Source: Aneurinibacillus danicus (GTDB taxonomy: Bacteria > Bacillota > Bacilli > Aneurinibacillales > Aneurinibacillaceae). From it: a stretch of DNA of 32,000 bases. Positions 7,790 through 16,334 of the stretch are shown piece by piece. The position numbers and the translations under genes are program-made. Below the pieces are notes generated by a model that worked only from the letters and a program-made list of their open reading frames with translations, did not search any database and was not told the DNA's origin. The DNA is taken from the NCBI RefSeq assembly GCF_007991215.1, contig NZ_BJXX01000047.1, positions 1 to 32,000 on the forward strand, written 5' to 3'. Position 1 is the first letter of the stretch, and every line of letters starts with the position of its first letter.

Positions 7790-8809
7790 ATGAGTCAGAT
7801 TGTAGAAAACAAAAAAGATATGTATTTGTACGGCTGGGCCGATCCGGACGAAATGCGAGCCTATCGCAGACAGCACAAATCAGTAGAAAAAAAGGACAAA
7901 CGAGTAGCATTAAAACAGGCCATTGAACAGGGCGTAAAGCCGGGAGACTATATTGTTTTTGGCGGAATGGGGTCAGTACGGACGCCAATGGCTGCTGTAT
8001 ATGAAATCATTCGTCAGGGAATCGGCGATTTAACCGTAGGCGCAAAAGGCTCACAGCATGACTGGAACCTGCTTACGGCAGCGGGCCTTGTCAGCCGAGC
8101 AGAGGTTGCATACGGATTTGGCGATGAGATTCGGGGACTCTCCCGCCCGGCGCGTGCAGCAGTTGAAAGCGGGCAGCTCTCTGTTATCTCTGAGACGACC
8201 AATGCAGCTTTTCAATGGCGGTTTACTGCGGCCATGAAAGGCTTATCGTTCTATCCCACCCGTACCGCTATCGGAACCGATACGCTGCATTATAGCGGAT
8301 CGAAGAAAATTGAAGACCCATTTACCGGCAAGCCGATCGAATTAATTCCGGCATGCTATCCGGATGTGGTGATTCTTCATGTACACCGGGCAGATAAGTA
8401 TGGAAATTGCCAAATCGACGGCAATATAACTGAAGATTTTGAACTCGCACATGCTGCCAAGCACGTAATCATTACAACGGAAAGGATTATCCCGGAAGAA
8501 GAAATTACACGCCGTCCGGACTTGACCAAAATTCCTTATTTTGTGGTTGATGCGGTTGTAGAAGTGCCGTACGGCTCGCATCCGAATCAGGTGCCGTACT
8601 TGTATTCCTTTGATGAACAACACTGGCAGGAATGGCTGGATGCGTCTCTTACGGATGAAGGGGTAAAGGATTATCTGCACCGCTATATTCTTGGGACGGA
8701 AGACCATTACGAATATCTTGAAAAAATCGGAGGTCTTTGCAGGCTCCGTCAGCTAGAACATATCGAACATGGCATCGAAAAATACCCGAAAGTTGCAAAA
8801 AGGAGGTAA
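7790..8809 (+). CDS. family I CoA-transferase, subunit A (glutaconate CoA-transferase GctA-like)
   Basis: ATG at 7790 after AAGGAGGAG. The track start at 7763 lies in the terminator tail. The 339-aa size and the FGGMGSVRTPMAAVYEIIRQG... N-terminal fold motif fit the long GctA-type A subunits. Confidence 0.8.
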   Translation: MSQIVENKKDMYLYGWADPDEMRAYRRQHKSVEKKDKRVALKQAIEQGVKPGDYIVFGGMGSVRTPMAAVYEIIRQGIGDLTVGAKGSQHDWNLLTAAGLVSRAEVAYGFGDEIRGLSRPARAAVESGQLSVISETTNAAFQWRFTAAMKGLSFYPTRTAIGTDTLHYSGSKKIEDPFTGKPIELIPACYPDVVILHVHRADKYGNCQIDGNITEDFELAHAAKHVIITTERIIPEEEITRRPDLTKIPYFVVDAVVEVPYGSHPNQVPYLYSFDEQHWQEWLDASLTDEGVKDYLHRYILGTEDHYEYLEKIGGLCRLRQLEHIEHGIEKYPKVAKRR

Positions 8810-8815
8810 ACAGCG

Positions 8816-9574
8816 ATGGCTACAGATACGGAACGCATGATTGTGGCTTCGGCAAGACTACTGGAGGATAACAAAAGCGTGTTCGTTGGCACCGGTATGC
8901 CCATGCTGTCGGCTTCGCTTGCACAGCGCCTTCATGCGCCGGGATTGCTTACGATTTATGAAGGGGGCGGCGTAGGCGGACAGCCGGAAGGGCGACTCCC
9001 CATTCAGGTTAGCGAATCGTTGACTTTCCAAAACGGGGTCATCGTCGGGTCAATGGATTATGTCATGAGCCTGGCGCAGGCCGGGTACATTGAATATGGA
9101 TTCCTGGGCGGGGCTGAAATCGATCCGTACGGCAACCTTAACACTACCGTCATCGGGTCCTGGGAGAATCCGAAGGTTCGCCTGCCGGGTTCGGGCGGCG
9201 GTTCCGATATCGCCTCCCTCTGCTGGCGTACCATTATTTTGATGCGTCAGGACAAACGAAAATTCACGCCGAAGCTGAACTTCTTAACCAGTCCGGGGTA
9301 TTTAGACGGACCAGGCGCACGGGAGAGAAGCGGACTTCCGGCGAATACCGGCCCGTATCGTGTCGTGACGCAGCTTGGCGTATACGGGTTTCCGGAAGAG
9401 ACACGCCGTATGACACTTTTGCAGATATATGAAGGAGTTACGATAGAAGATGTGCAGGCCAACAGTGGATTTGATATTGATATTCATCCCGATGTAGAGA
9501 CGATTCCTGATCCTACGGAAGAAGAGGTAAACCAAATGTACAATTTGGATCCGGATGGCATTGTCCTTGCCTGA
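8816..9574 (+). CDS. family I CoA-transferase, subunit B (GctB-like)
   Basis: 6-nt gap from subunit A and an AAAGGAGG SD. The 252-aa size and the motifs VGTGMPMLSA...GGAEIDPYGNLNTT...LPGSGGGSDIA are typical of B subunits. Confidence 0.8.
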   Translation: MATDTERMIVASARLLEDNKSVFVGTGMPMLSASLAQRLHAPGLLTIYEGGGVGGQPEGRLPIQVSESLTFQNGVIVGSMDYVMSLAQAGYIEYGFLGGAEIDPYGNLNTTVIGSWENPKVRLPGSGGGSDIASLCWRTIILMRQDKRKFTPKLNFLTSPGYLDGPGARERSGLPANTGPYRVVTQLGVYGFPEETRRMTLLQIYEGVTIEDVQANSGFDIDIHPDVETIPDPTEEEVNQMYNLDPDGIVLA

Positions 9575-9641
9575 TGGACGGGAGAGAAAGATAACACACA
9601 TACAAAAAACCAAGTTTATACATATGAAAAGGGGGTAAAAA

Positions 9642-10754
9642 ATGAAACAGTCGATAAAATGGTGGGGAACGGGGTTACTCGCGCTCTCTCTGCTAGGAGG
9701 GGTAACAGCGTGCGCGCCTCAGGAGGGGAAAAATAGCGCGTCCGCTCCTGTTCACAATGAAACAAAAGAAAACAGCAAGAGTCCAGAGCAAAAAGAAGTA
9801 GTGAAAATTGGCCACCTTCCTTCCTCGGGACACGCCTTATACTTTATTGCCCAGGAAGAAGGCTTTTTCGAAAAAGAGGGCCTTAAGGCAGAGTTGCATG
9901 CATTTACCAATTCAGGGGAAGGCATCAATGCCGTGTTGTCCGGCAAATTGGACTCTGGCTCGTTCGGTACTGCGGCACCGCTGACGTTCCTTGATAAAGA
10001 TGCGGATCTTACCATGTACGCAGGCACCATGGGGACAGGTGCTGCACTGGTTGCGAAGCCGGAACATGCGGATCGCTTTAAAGATTTGCATACATTAAAA
10101 GGAAAGAAAATCGGAACTGTGCGTCTGGCCACCGGCGATGCTGTACTACGCGGTGCCCTTGCGCAGCAAGGACTAAACCTTGAAAAAGATGTCAAGATTA
10201 TAGAGTTCGACTCCCCAAAGGCGGTCATTGAGGGTGTGAAAAAAGGAAGTTTGGATGCCGGGGTAGTATGGACGCCGTTTATTCAGCTTGCTACGAAGCA
10301 GGGGCTGGCGATTACAAGCTATTCGAATGAACTATTCCCTGATCATCCGTGCTGCCGTGTCATCGCAAAATCAGAAAACATAAAAACAAACCCGGAAAAA
10401 TACGTAAAAATTGTAAAAGCGCTTATTCAGGCAGAAAAATTCAAGCAAGAAAATAAAGAGAAGACAGTGGCGGATGTAGCAAAATATATCAATGTGGACA
10501 AAGACACATTAGAGAAAGATTTGTATGGCGGATATCAAGTTAGCTCGGCAGATCCGAATCAAGACGGTGTATTTAAATTTGCCGAGCAGATGCAAACCGT
10601 GGGCTACATCAAAGATGCGACAAAGGTGCATGACCACTTTACTACCGATATTTATGCAACCGCATTGGCCGAGCTGCAAAAAGAGTATCCGCAGGATCCG
10701 TTCTATAAACAAGCGCAGCAAACCTTTACCGCCGCCAATCATGGGCATCATTGA
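9642..10754 (+). CDS. ABC transporter substrate-binding lipoprotein, NitT/TauT (SsuA/NMT1-like) family
   Basis: Signal peptide with lipobox GVTAC. SsuA-like periplasmic-binding fold motifs. 370 aa. Confidence 0.8.
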   Translation: MKQSIKWWGTGLLALSLLGGVTACAPQEGKNSASAPVHNETKENSKSPEQKEVVKIGHLPSSGHALYFIAQEEGFFEKEGLKAELHAFTNSGEGINAVLSGKLDSGSFGTAAPLTFLDKDADLTMYAGTMGTGAALVAKPEHADRFKDLHTLKGKKIGTVRLATGDAVLRGALAQQGLNLEKDVKIIEFDSPKAVIEGVKKGSLDAGVVWTPFIQLATKQGLAITSYSNELFPDHPCCRVIAKSENIKTNPEKYVKIVKALIQAEKFKQENKEKTVADVAKYINVDKDTLEKDLYGGYQVSSADPNQDGVFKFAEQMQTVGYIKDATKVHDHFTTDIYATALAELQKEYPQDPFYKQAQQTFTAANHGHH

Positions 10755-10768
10755 GAAAGGAGAACAAA

Positions 10769-11578
10769 ATGAACGGGCTTAGCATCGAAGGCGTATCCAA
10801 AGTTTTTGCAACCGGAAAGAAAGAACAATTTGTGGCGCTTGACCGGGTCAGTCTCACGATCCAACAGGGTGAATTTTTTGCCCTGTTGGGTCCGAGCGGA
10901 TGTGGAAAGTCGACCCTGCTTCATATATTGGCGGGGTTATCTGAGCCGTCCCAGGGCTGCGTTCTGTGGCAGGGACATAAAATTCAAGGTCCTGGACTTG
11001 ACCGCGGCGTTGTGTTTCAAACGTACTCCCTTTTCCCATGGATGACGGCGGAGGACAATTTACTCTTTGCGCTGAAACAAAAGGAAAGAAAGGGAGCCAG
11101 GCGGGATCACCAGGAGCGGGTCCGCCATATCCTTGACCAGGTCGGACTAAGCGGTTCAGAAAAGAAATATCCCATTCAACTGTCCGGCGGCCAACAGCAG
11201 CGGGTAGCCATCGCCCGTGCGCTTTTGCTCGAAGCGCCGCTTCTGCTGCTGGATGAACCCTTTGGCGCGCTGGATGCTATTTCCCGTGCGCAGCTACAGG
11301 AGCTTCTTTTGCGGCTTTGGCAGGAAAAAAAGCCGAAGCCCACGGTAATTATGGTTACGCATGATCTGGACGAAGCGATTTACCTATCCGATCGGATTGC
11401 CGTTCTGGCAGCCAATCCGGGGCGCATAACTGAATTGATTGCGATTCCATGGGCGAGGCCGCGCAAACGTAATGAGCTTTTGAGCAATCCGGAGCTACTC
11501 GATATTCGCGCCCGCCTTCTTAGCCTGCTGCAGGGAGAAGACGTTTCGGGACAGCAAGGGAGGGTTGCCGGATGGTAG
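10769..11578 (+). CDS. ABC transporter ATP-binding protein (NitT/TauT family)
   Basis: ATG at 10769 after AAAGGAG. Walker [10 protein letters not shown], signature [15 protein letters not shown], Walker [12 protein letters not shown]. Confidence 0.9.
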   Translation: MNGLSIEGVSKVFATGKKEQFVALDRVSLTIQQGEFFALLGPSGCGKSTLLHILAGLSEPSQGCVLWQGHKIQGPGLDRGVVFQTYSLFPWMTAEDNLLFALKQKERKGARRDHQERVRHILDQVGLSGSEKKYPIQLSGGQQQRVAIARALLLEAPLLLLDEPFGALDAISRAQLQELLLRLWQEKKPKPTVIMVTHDLDEAIYLSDRIAVLAANPGRITELIAIPWARPRKRNELLSNPELLDIRARLLSLLQGEDVSGQQGRVAGW

Positions 11579-12303
11579 GGTGGTTGCCGCTTCTTCTTAT
11601 CGGTATCGTATGGTATATCACAACGGATGTTTTCCAATGGTTAGATCCTTTTTTATTTCCGGGTCCGACAGCCGTACTGTCGATAATTGGGGAAGACTAT
11701 CCTTTCCTTTTCACCAGTTTGCTCTCATCCCTTACTCTTTTATTTGTTTCGTTTGGCTGCGCTATCGTTACGGCTATTCCGCTCGGACTGCTTGTTGGAC
11801 AAAGCAAACGGATCGAGCGGCTTATCCATCCATTCACAAATCTGGCTAGTCCGATTCCACCGATCGTATACATTCCGTATGCAGTGGCGCTGCTGCCGAC
11901 ATTCTGGCTCGCCTCCTCTTTTATTCTTTATATCGGGGCGTTCTGGCCGGTTTTTTTAAATACCGTGAACGGAGTCAAGCAGATTGACCACCGGCTACTG
12001 GATTCCGCGCATACCCTTGGCATTTCGAGAAAAGATTGGTACGCCAAAATTTTGTTGCCTGGAGCGATGCCCAGCATTTTTTCCGGGATGACGATCGGTC
12101 TTGTTCTTTCATTTATTCTGCTTACGGCGGCGGAAATTGTGGGGGGATCTTCCGGTCTCGGATGGTATGTAAAAAACTATAGTGATTTTGGGGATTATCC
12201 ACGTGTCGTCTCCGGGATTCTCTTTATCGGCCTGGTTGTAGCAGGACTCACGCAGATTATGCGGCGGACGGAGCGTTATGTGCTGCGCTGGCGTGAACGT
12301 TAG
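11572..12303 (+). CDS. ABC transporter permease (NitT/TauT family)
   Basis: The ATG overlaps the ATPase stop by 7 nt (ATGGTAG), suggesting translational coupling. About six TM segments, SsuC/TauC-like. Confidence 0.85.
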   Translation: MVGWLPLLLIGIVWYITTDVFQWLDPFLFPGPTAVLSIIGEDYPFLFTSLLSSLTLLFVSFGCAIVTAIPLGLLVGQSKRIERLIHPFTNLASPIPPIVYIPYAVALLPTFWLASSFILYIGAFWPVFLNTVNGVKQIDHRLLDSAHTLGISRKDWYAKILLPGAMPSIFSGMTIGLVLSFILLTAAEIVGGSSGLGWYVKNYSDFGDYPRVVSGILFIGLVVAGLTQIMRRTERYVLRWRER

Positions 12304-12339
12304 TCCCGGGAACAAAAAATAATTCGTTTTGAAAGGGGA

Positions 12340-13140
12340 ATGTTTCACTTGTCTATTCAAACAGAGGCCTATCAACATATTTTATTTGAAATTGAAGGGG
12401 CGATTGCTTATGTAACCATGAATCGTCCGGCCCAAAGAAATGCTCTTTCTCTTGAACATATGAAAGAGTTGCTCCACTGCTTTAAACAAATACAAGAAAA
12501 CCGTTCTGTTGCTGTTGTCGTATTGCGCGGCGCCGGGCCTGCTTTTTGCGCCGGTCACGATTTGAAAGAAATGAGAGGAGAGACGGCGTCATTCTATCGG
12601 AATTTATTTGGAGTTTGCAGTGAACTCATGGAAACGATTCAGACAATCCCACAGCCGGTTATTGCACAGGTGCAGGGTATCGCCACCGCCGCCGGCTGCC
12701 AGTTGGTAGCGACGTGCGATCTTGCTGTGGCAGCGGATACGGCTGTTTTTGCGACCCCGGGCGTGAAAATCGGTTTGTTTTGCTCTACACCGATGGTGGC
12801 TCTTTCCCGTGCCATCGGCCGCAAGAAAGCGATGGAGATGCTTTTGACAGGAGAGGCAATGTCGGCTCAGGATGCCGTAGCCGCCGGACTCATTAACCGG
12901 GCTGTGGCGGAAGAGAAGCTGACGGAAGCGACAGAAGCGCTTGCCCGCAAAATCGCGGAAGCCAGTCCGTATACGGTCGGAATCGGCAAGCAAGCCTTCT
13001 ATAAACAGATGGAGATGCCACAGTCTCTTGCCTACTCTTTTGCTCGTGAAGTGATGAGTGTAAATGCAGTAGCGGAAGATGCGCATGAAGGCATTTGCGC
13101 CTTTCTCGAAAAGCGTCCTCCGATCTGGAGAGGGCGCTAA
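12340..13140 (+). CDS. crotonase-superfamily (enoyl-CoA hydratase/isomerase fold) protein lacking the canonical hydratase glutamates
   Basis: The oxyanion-hole segment GAGPAFCAGHDL is present. Where hydratases have GGGxE and P-E, this protein has AAGCQ (Q121, nt 12700-12702) and TPG (G141). Confidence 0.85.
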   Translation: MFHLSIQTEAYQHILFEIEGAIAYVTMNRPAQRNALSLEHMKELLHCFKQIQENRSVAVVVLRGAGPAFCAGHDLKEMRGETASFYRNLFGVCSELMETIQTIPQPVIAQVQGIATAAGCQLVATCDLAVAADTAVFATPGVKIGLFCSTPMVALSRAIGRKKAMEMLLTGEAMSAQDAVAAGLINRAVAEEKLTEATEALARKIAEASPYTVGIGKQAFYKQMEMPQSLAYSFAREVMSVNAVAEDAHEGICAFLEKRPPIWRGR

Positions 13141-13220
13141 TCATACTATGCATTTCCGTAGCTCTAACAAAACCCCTGCCTTTTATCACCGAAAGGCGTG
13201 TTGATCCATCCAGTGATTTT

Positions 13221-13260
13221 TTATTCTTACTTGACTTATCGGAATATAAATGTTTATAAT
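13221..13260 (+). promoter_or_regulatory. ssu promoter overlapped by a CymR-box-like site
   Basis: TTGACT (13231-13236), 18-nt spacer, TATAAT (13255-13260). The 27-mer TTATTCTTACTTGACTTATCGGAATAT (13221-13247) matches 16 of 18 specified positions of the B. subtilis CymR consensus as I recall it (TAAWNCNNANTWNANNNATMGGAATTW). Confidence 0.5.
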
Positions 13261-13304
13261 GTGAGAAATTGATAGCATTTTAGATGGCCGATCAGTCAAC
13301 TGAA

Positions 13305-13351
13305 GGCTCTGTTATTTTGCCTGTGTTTGCAAAATGATAGAGTCTTTTTTT
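13305..13351 (+). terminator. leader (attenuator-type) terminator in the ssuD 5' UTR
   Basis: GGCTCT-gtt-ATTTTGC-ctgtgttt-GCAAAAT-gat-AGAGTC followed by T7. It lies between the promoter and the ssuD ATG at 13407. Confidence 0.55.
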
Positions 13352-13406
13352 GTTGTTTTTGCTTCGTCATTATCGAAGACATTACTAAAAAGGAGAGGCG
13401 GAGAAA

Positions 13407-14591
13407 ATGTCAACAGCGGTACAGGATGTAGAATTTGGATGGTTTATTCCTACGACAGGCGATGGGAAATATATTGGAACAGAATTAGAACGCGAGTCTA
13501 CAGCAGGTTACATGATTCAGGTAGCGCAGGCTGCCGAAGAGGCGGGCTATACGTTTGCGCTTATTCCGACAGGAGGCGGCTGCCTGGATGCCTGGATTGT
13601 AGGCTCGGCTATCGCAACCCATACCAAGGTATTGCGTCCGCTGGTGGCTATGCGTCCAGGTCTTATTTCACCGATTACGGCGGCGCGTATGGCGACATCC
13701 CTCGATTACATTTCCAACGGAAGAGTCGCCATTAACGTAGTAACGGGCGGTACACCACCGGATCTTGTGGCGATGGGCGATCCGCTGGCGTTCTCGCATG
13801 ACGAAAGATACGAAAGAACGCTGGAATTCATGACCATCGTAAAAGAGGTGCTGATTAACTCTAATACACATAAGTCTAAATATCTGGCTGCAAATGAAAA
13901 TTACCGGGAAATCAAAAAAGTTCATTTTAAAGGGAAATATTATGAGATTGAGGGCGGGGCCAGTTACCCCCCTCCCGTACAAAAACCGCATCCGCCGATT
14001 TACTTTGGTGGCAGTTCAGTAGCCGGAAAACGCACAGCCGCCGAAATCGCGGATGTTTACCTGATGTGGCCGGAGCCGCTGGGATGGATTGAAGAGCAAA
14101 TCGACGAAATGGAACGCATTCGTAAGGAGCTTCGGCAGGAAAAAGGGATCGACCGCCAGCTCCGTTACGGTCTGCGGGCTCAGGTACTCGTCCGGGAAAC
14201 GGAAGAGGCGGCCTGGGCAGCCGCATGGGAAATTATCAGTAAAGTAGACAAAAAAGCGGTAGAACAATCCAACGTGCGATTTACCCAAACCGATGCAGTA
14301 GGGCAGAAAAGACAAAACCAGCTTCGCAGCGAATCAGAGGAAAATGGGTATGTGATTGCTCCGAATCTTTGGGCGGGCTTATCCATCGTACGGGGAGGCG
14401 GCGCTATGATGCTGGTAGGAACGCCTGAGCAAGTGGCTGACCGTATTATTGAATATGTGGACGCTGGCATCTCCTCCTTTATTTTTTCCGGTTACCCAAA
14501 TCTGGAAGAAGCAGAAATCACAGGGAAGCTTTTATTGCCCGTCGTAAAAAGAAAGCTGCAGCAGCAAAAAAATACCACCGTTCAGCTTTAA
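13407..14591 (+). CDS. ssuD: FMNH2-dependent alkanesulfonate monooxygenase (LLM class)
   Basis: Collinear resemblance to B. subtilis/E. coli SsuD (WFIPT.GDG.Y.G, HDERYE, PHPPIYFGGSS, NLWAG...VRGGG..LVG, FIFSGYP.LEEA). Confidence 0.9.
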   Translation: MSTAVQDVEFGWFIPTTGDGKYIGTELERESTAGYMIQVAQAAEEAGYTFALIPTGGGCLDAWIVGSAIATHTKVLRPLVAMRPGLISPITAARMATSLDYISNGRVAINVVTGGTPPDLVAMGDPLAFSHDERYERTLEFMTIVKEVLINSNTHKSKYLAANENYREIKKVHFKGKYYEIEGGASYPPPVQKPHPPIYFGGSSVAGKRTAAEIADVYLMWPEPLGWIEEQIDEMERIRKELRQEKGIDRQLRYGLRAQVLVRETEEAAWAAAWEIISKVDKKAVEQSNVRFTQTDAVGQKRQNQLRSESEENGYVIAPNLWAGLSIVRGGGAMMLVGTPEQVADRIIEYVDAGISSFIFSGYPNLEEAEITGKLLLPVVKRKLQQQKNTTVQL

Positions 14592-14627
14592 CGATGAACA
14601 ATATCTGCGAGAGAGGAGAAAAGAGAC

Positions 14628-15407
14628 TTGACGCAATCTGCAGAACTGCGCATTGACTCGCTTCATAAATCGTTTACGAACCCGCAGGGCAGAATTCATG
14701 TGCTGGATAACATCAATGCTAAGATAAAGCCCGGGGAGTTTATCACGGTGATTGGACCAAGCGGATGCGGAAAAAGCACATTGCTTAAAATTATCGCCGG
14801 GCTGGATACGGATTACGAAGGAGCAGCCATTCTCGGCGGTAAGAAAATCGAGCGTCCCGGCATTAACCAGGGGTTTATTTTTCAGGAACACCGTTTATTT
14901 CCCTGGTTGACGGTAGAGAAGAACATCGCCGCCGATTTATCTTTGAAAGACCCGGAAATCCGCAACCGTGTGGATGAATTGATTCGTGTTGTACGCCTTG
15001 AAGGATTTGAGAAGGCGTACCCGCGGGAATTGTCCGGAGGAATGTCCCAGCGTGTGGCGATTGCGAGAGCACTTCTGCGCAGACCCGCCATTCTTCTTTT
15101 GGATGAACCGTTCGGAGCTTTGGATGCCTTTACCCGCAATCACCTTCAGGATGTTTTATTGGACATCTGGCGGCGGAACAAAACAACGATGATCCTTGTT
15201 ACCCATGATATCGACGAGTCCATCTATCTTGCCAATCGGGTCTTCATCATGAGTCCGCGGCCGGGAAGGATCAGCAAAATCATTCCTGTCCATCTTCCCT
15301 ATCCCCGTGCGCGGGCGGGCACTTGCTTTCAGGAGATTCGACAACGAGTGATGAGCGAATTCGAAAAAATAGAAGAAGCTCAGTTTATCGGTGGGTCGGG
15401 TATATAA
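14628..15407 (+). CDS. ssuB: aliphatic sulfonate ABC transporter ATP-binding protein
   Basis: TTG start at 14628 after GAGAGGAG. Walker [10 protein letters not shown], signature [15 protein letters not shown], Walker [12 protein letters not shown]. Confidence 0.85.
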   Translation: MTQSAELRIDSLHKSFTNPQGRIHVLDNINAKIKPGEFITVIGPSGCGKSTLLKIIAGLDTDYEGAAILGGKKIERPGINQGFIFQEHRLFPWLTVEKNIAADLSLKDPEIRNRVDELIRVVRLEGFEKAYPRELSGGMSQRVAIARALLRRPAILLLDEPFGALDAFTRNHLQDVLLDIWRRNKTTMILVTHDIDESIYLANRVFIMSPRPGRISKIIPVHLPYPRARAGTCFQEIRQRVMSEFEKIEEAQFIGGSGI

Positions 15408-15447
15408 CGCCCCCCCTAAAAAACGAAGAGTCAGCGAGGGAGGCAGT

Positions 15448-16311
15448 ATGCAAAATACGAACGAAGCGATTCGCATTACAGGCGCGACGGAAAGTGCAAA
15501 AAGCAAACCCAATCGTCACGCGGTTACGGCACTGAAAACAAAAGGAAAACAGGCAGTTCAAGGAATGATTCTTCCTGCGATGATATTGGGGATATGGCAG
15601 ACGGTTGGGGCGATGAATCTGGTTTCCAGTACCATTTTACCTACGCCCGTAGCAATTGGCCAGGCCTTCATCGACCTGATTGTGTCCGGAGAATTATTCT
15701 CTCATCTACAAATCAGTATATTCCGTGCCGTGCTGGGGTTTTTGCTAGGAGCGGGATTGGGGCTGATTCTGGGCACACTGGTCGGATTTTTCAACCGGGC
15801 TGAACAGACGGTGGATCCTACGCTTCAAATGCTGCGAACCATTCCGCATCTGGCTGTCATGCCGCTGTTTATTCTGTGGTTCGGTTTTGGGGAGCTGTCC
15901 AAAGTGCTGTTGATTGCAAAAGGGGCATTCTTTCCGGTCTATCTCAATACATTCCTTGGCATTCGCGGAGTCGATGCAAAATTGTTTGAGGTGGCACGCA
16001 TTCTTGAGTTTAACAGAGTAAAGCTGGTCACCAAACTCATTTTGCCTGCAGCCATGCCGAACATTTTGCTCGGCATCCGTCTCTCGCTGGGGATTGCCTG
16101 GCTCGGCCTTGTTGTGGCTGAACTGATGGGATCAAGTGAAGGGGTAGGCTATATGATTATGGACGCCAGACAGTTTACCCAGACCGACATTGTGTTTGTA
16201 GGCATTATTATTTTTGCTTTGGTTGGTAAATTGACAGATTCTTTGGTGCGCTATTTTGAATCCAAATTATTGAAATGGCGTGAAAGCTATAAAGGAGAAG
16301 GCACCCTATAG
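15448..16311 (+). CDS. ssuC: aliphatic sulfonate ABC transporter permease
   Basis: ATG at 15448 after GAGGGAGG. SsuC/TauC-type permease. Confidence 0.85.
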   Translation: MQNTNEAIRITGATESAKSKPNRHAVTALKTKGKQAVQGMILPAMILGIWQTVGAMNLVSSTILPTPVAIGQAFIDLIVSGELFSHLQISIFRAVLGFLLGAGLGLILGTLVGFFNRAEQTVDPTLQMLRTIPHLAVMPLFILWFGFGELSKVLLIAKGAFFPVYLNTFLGIRGVDAKLFEVARILEFNRVKLVTKLILPAAMPNILLGIRLSLGIAWLGLVVAELMGSSEGVGYMIMDARQFTQTDIVFVGIIIFALVGKLTDSLVRYFESKLLKWRESYKGEGTL

Positions 16312-16334
16312 GATAAAGAAGAAGGAGGCTTGTT

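Noticed and set aside
9752-10228. Long antisense or out-of-frame ORFs inside confident genes. Examples are 9752-10228, 12604-13086, 17927-18334, 18359-18799, 8342-8707 and 3064-3390.
   Set aside because: They are shadow ORFs of the strongly supported genes they overlap. They show no motifs or SDs, and their composition is typical of antisense frames.
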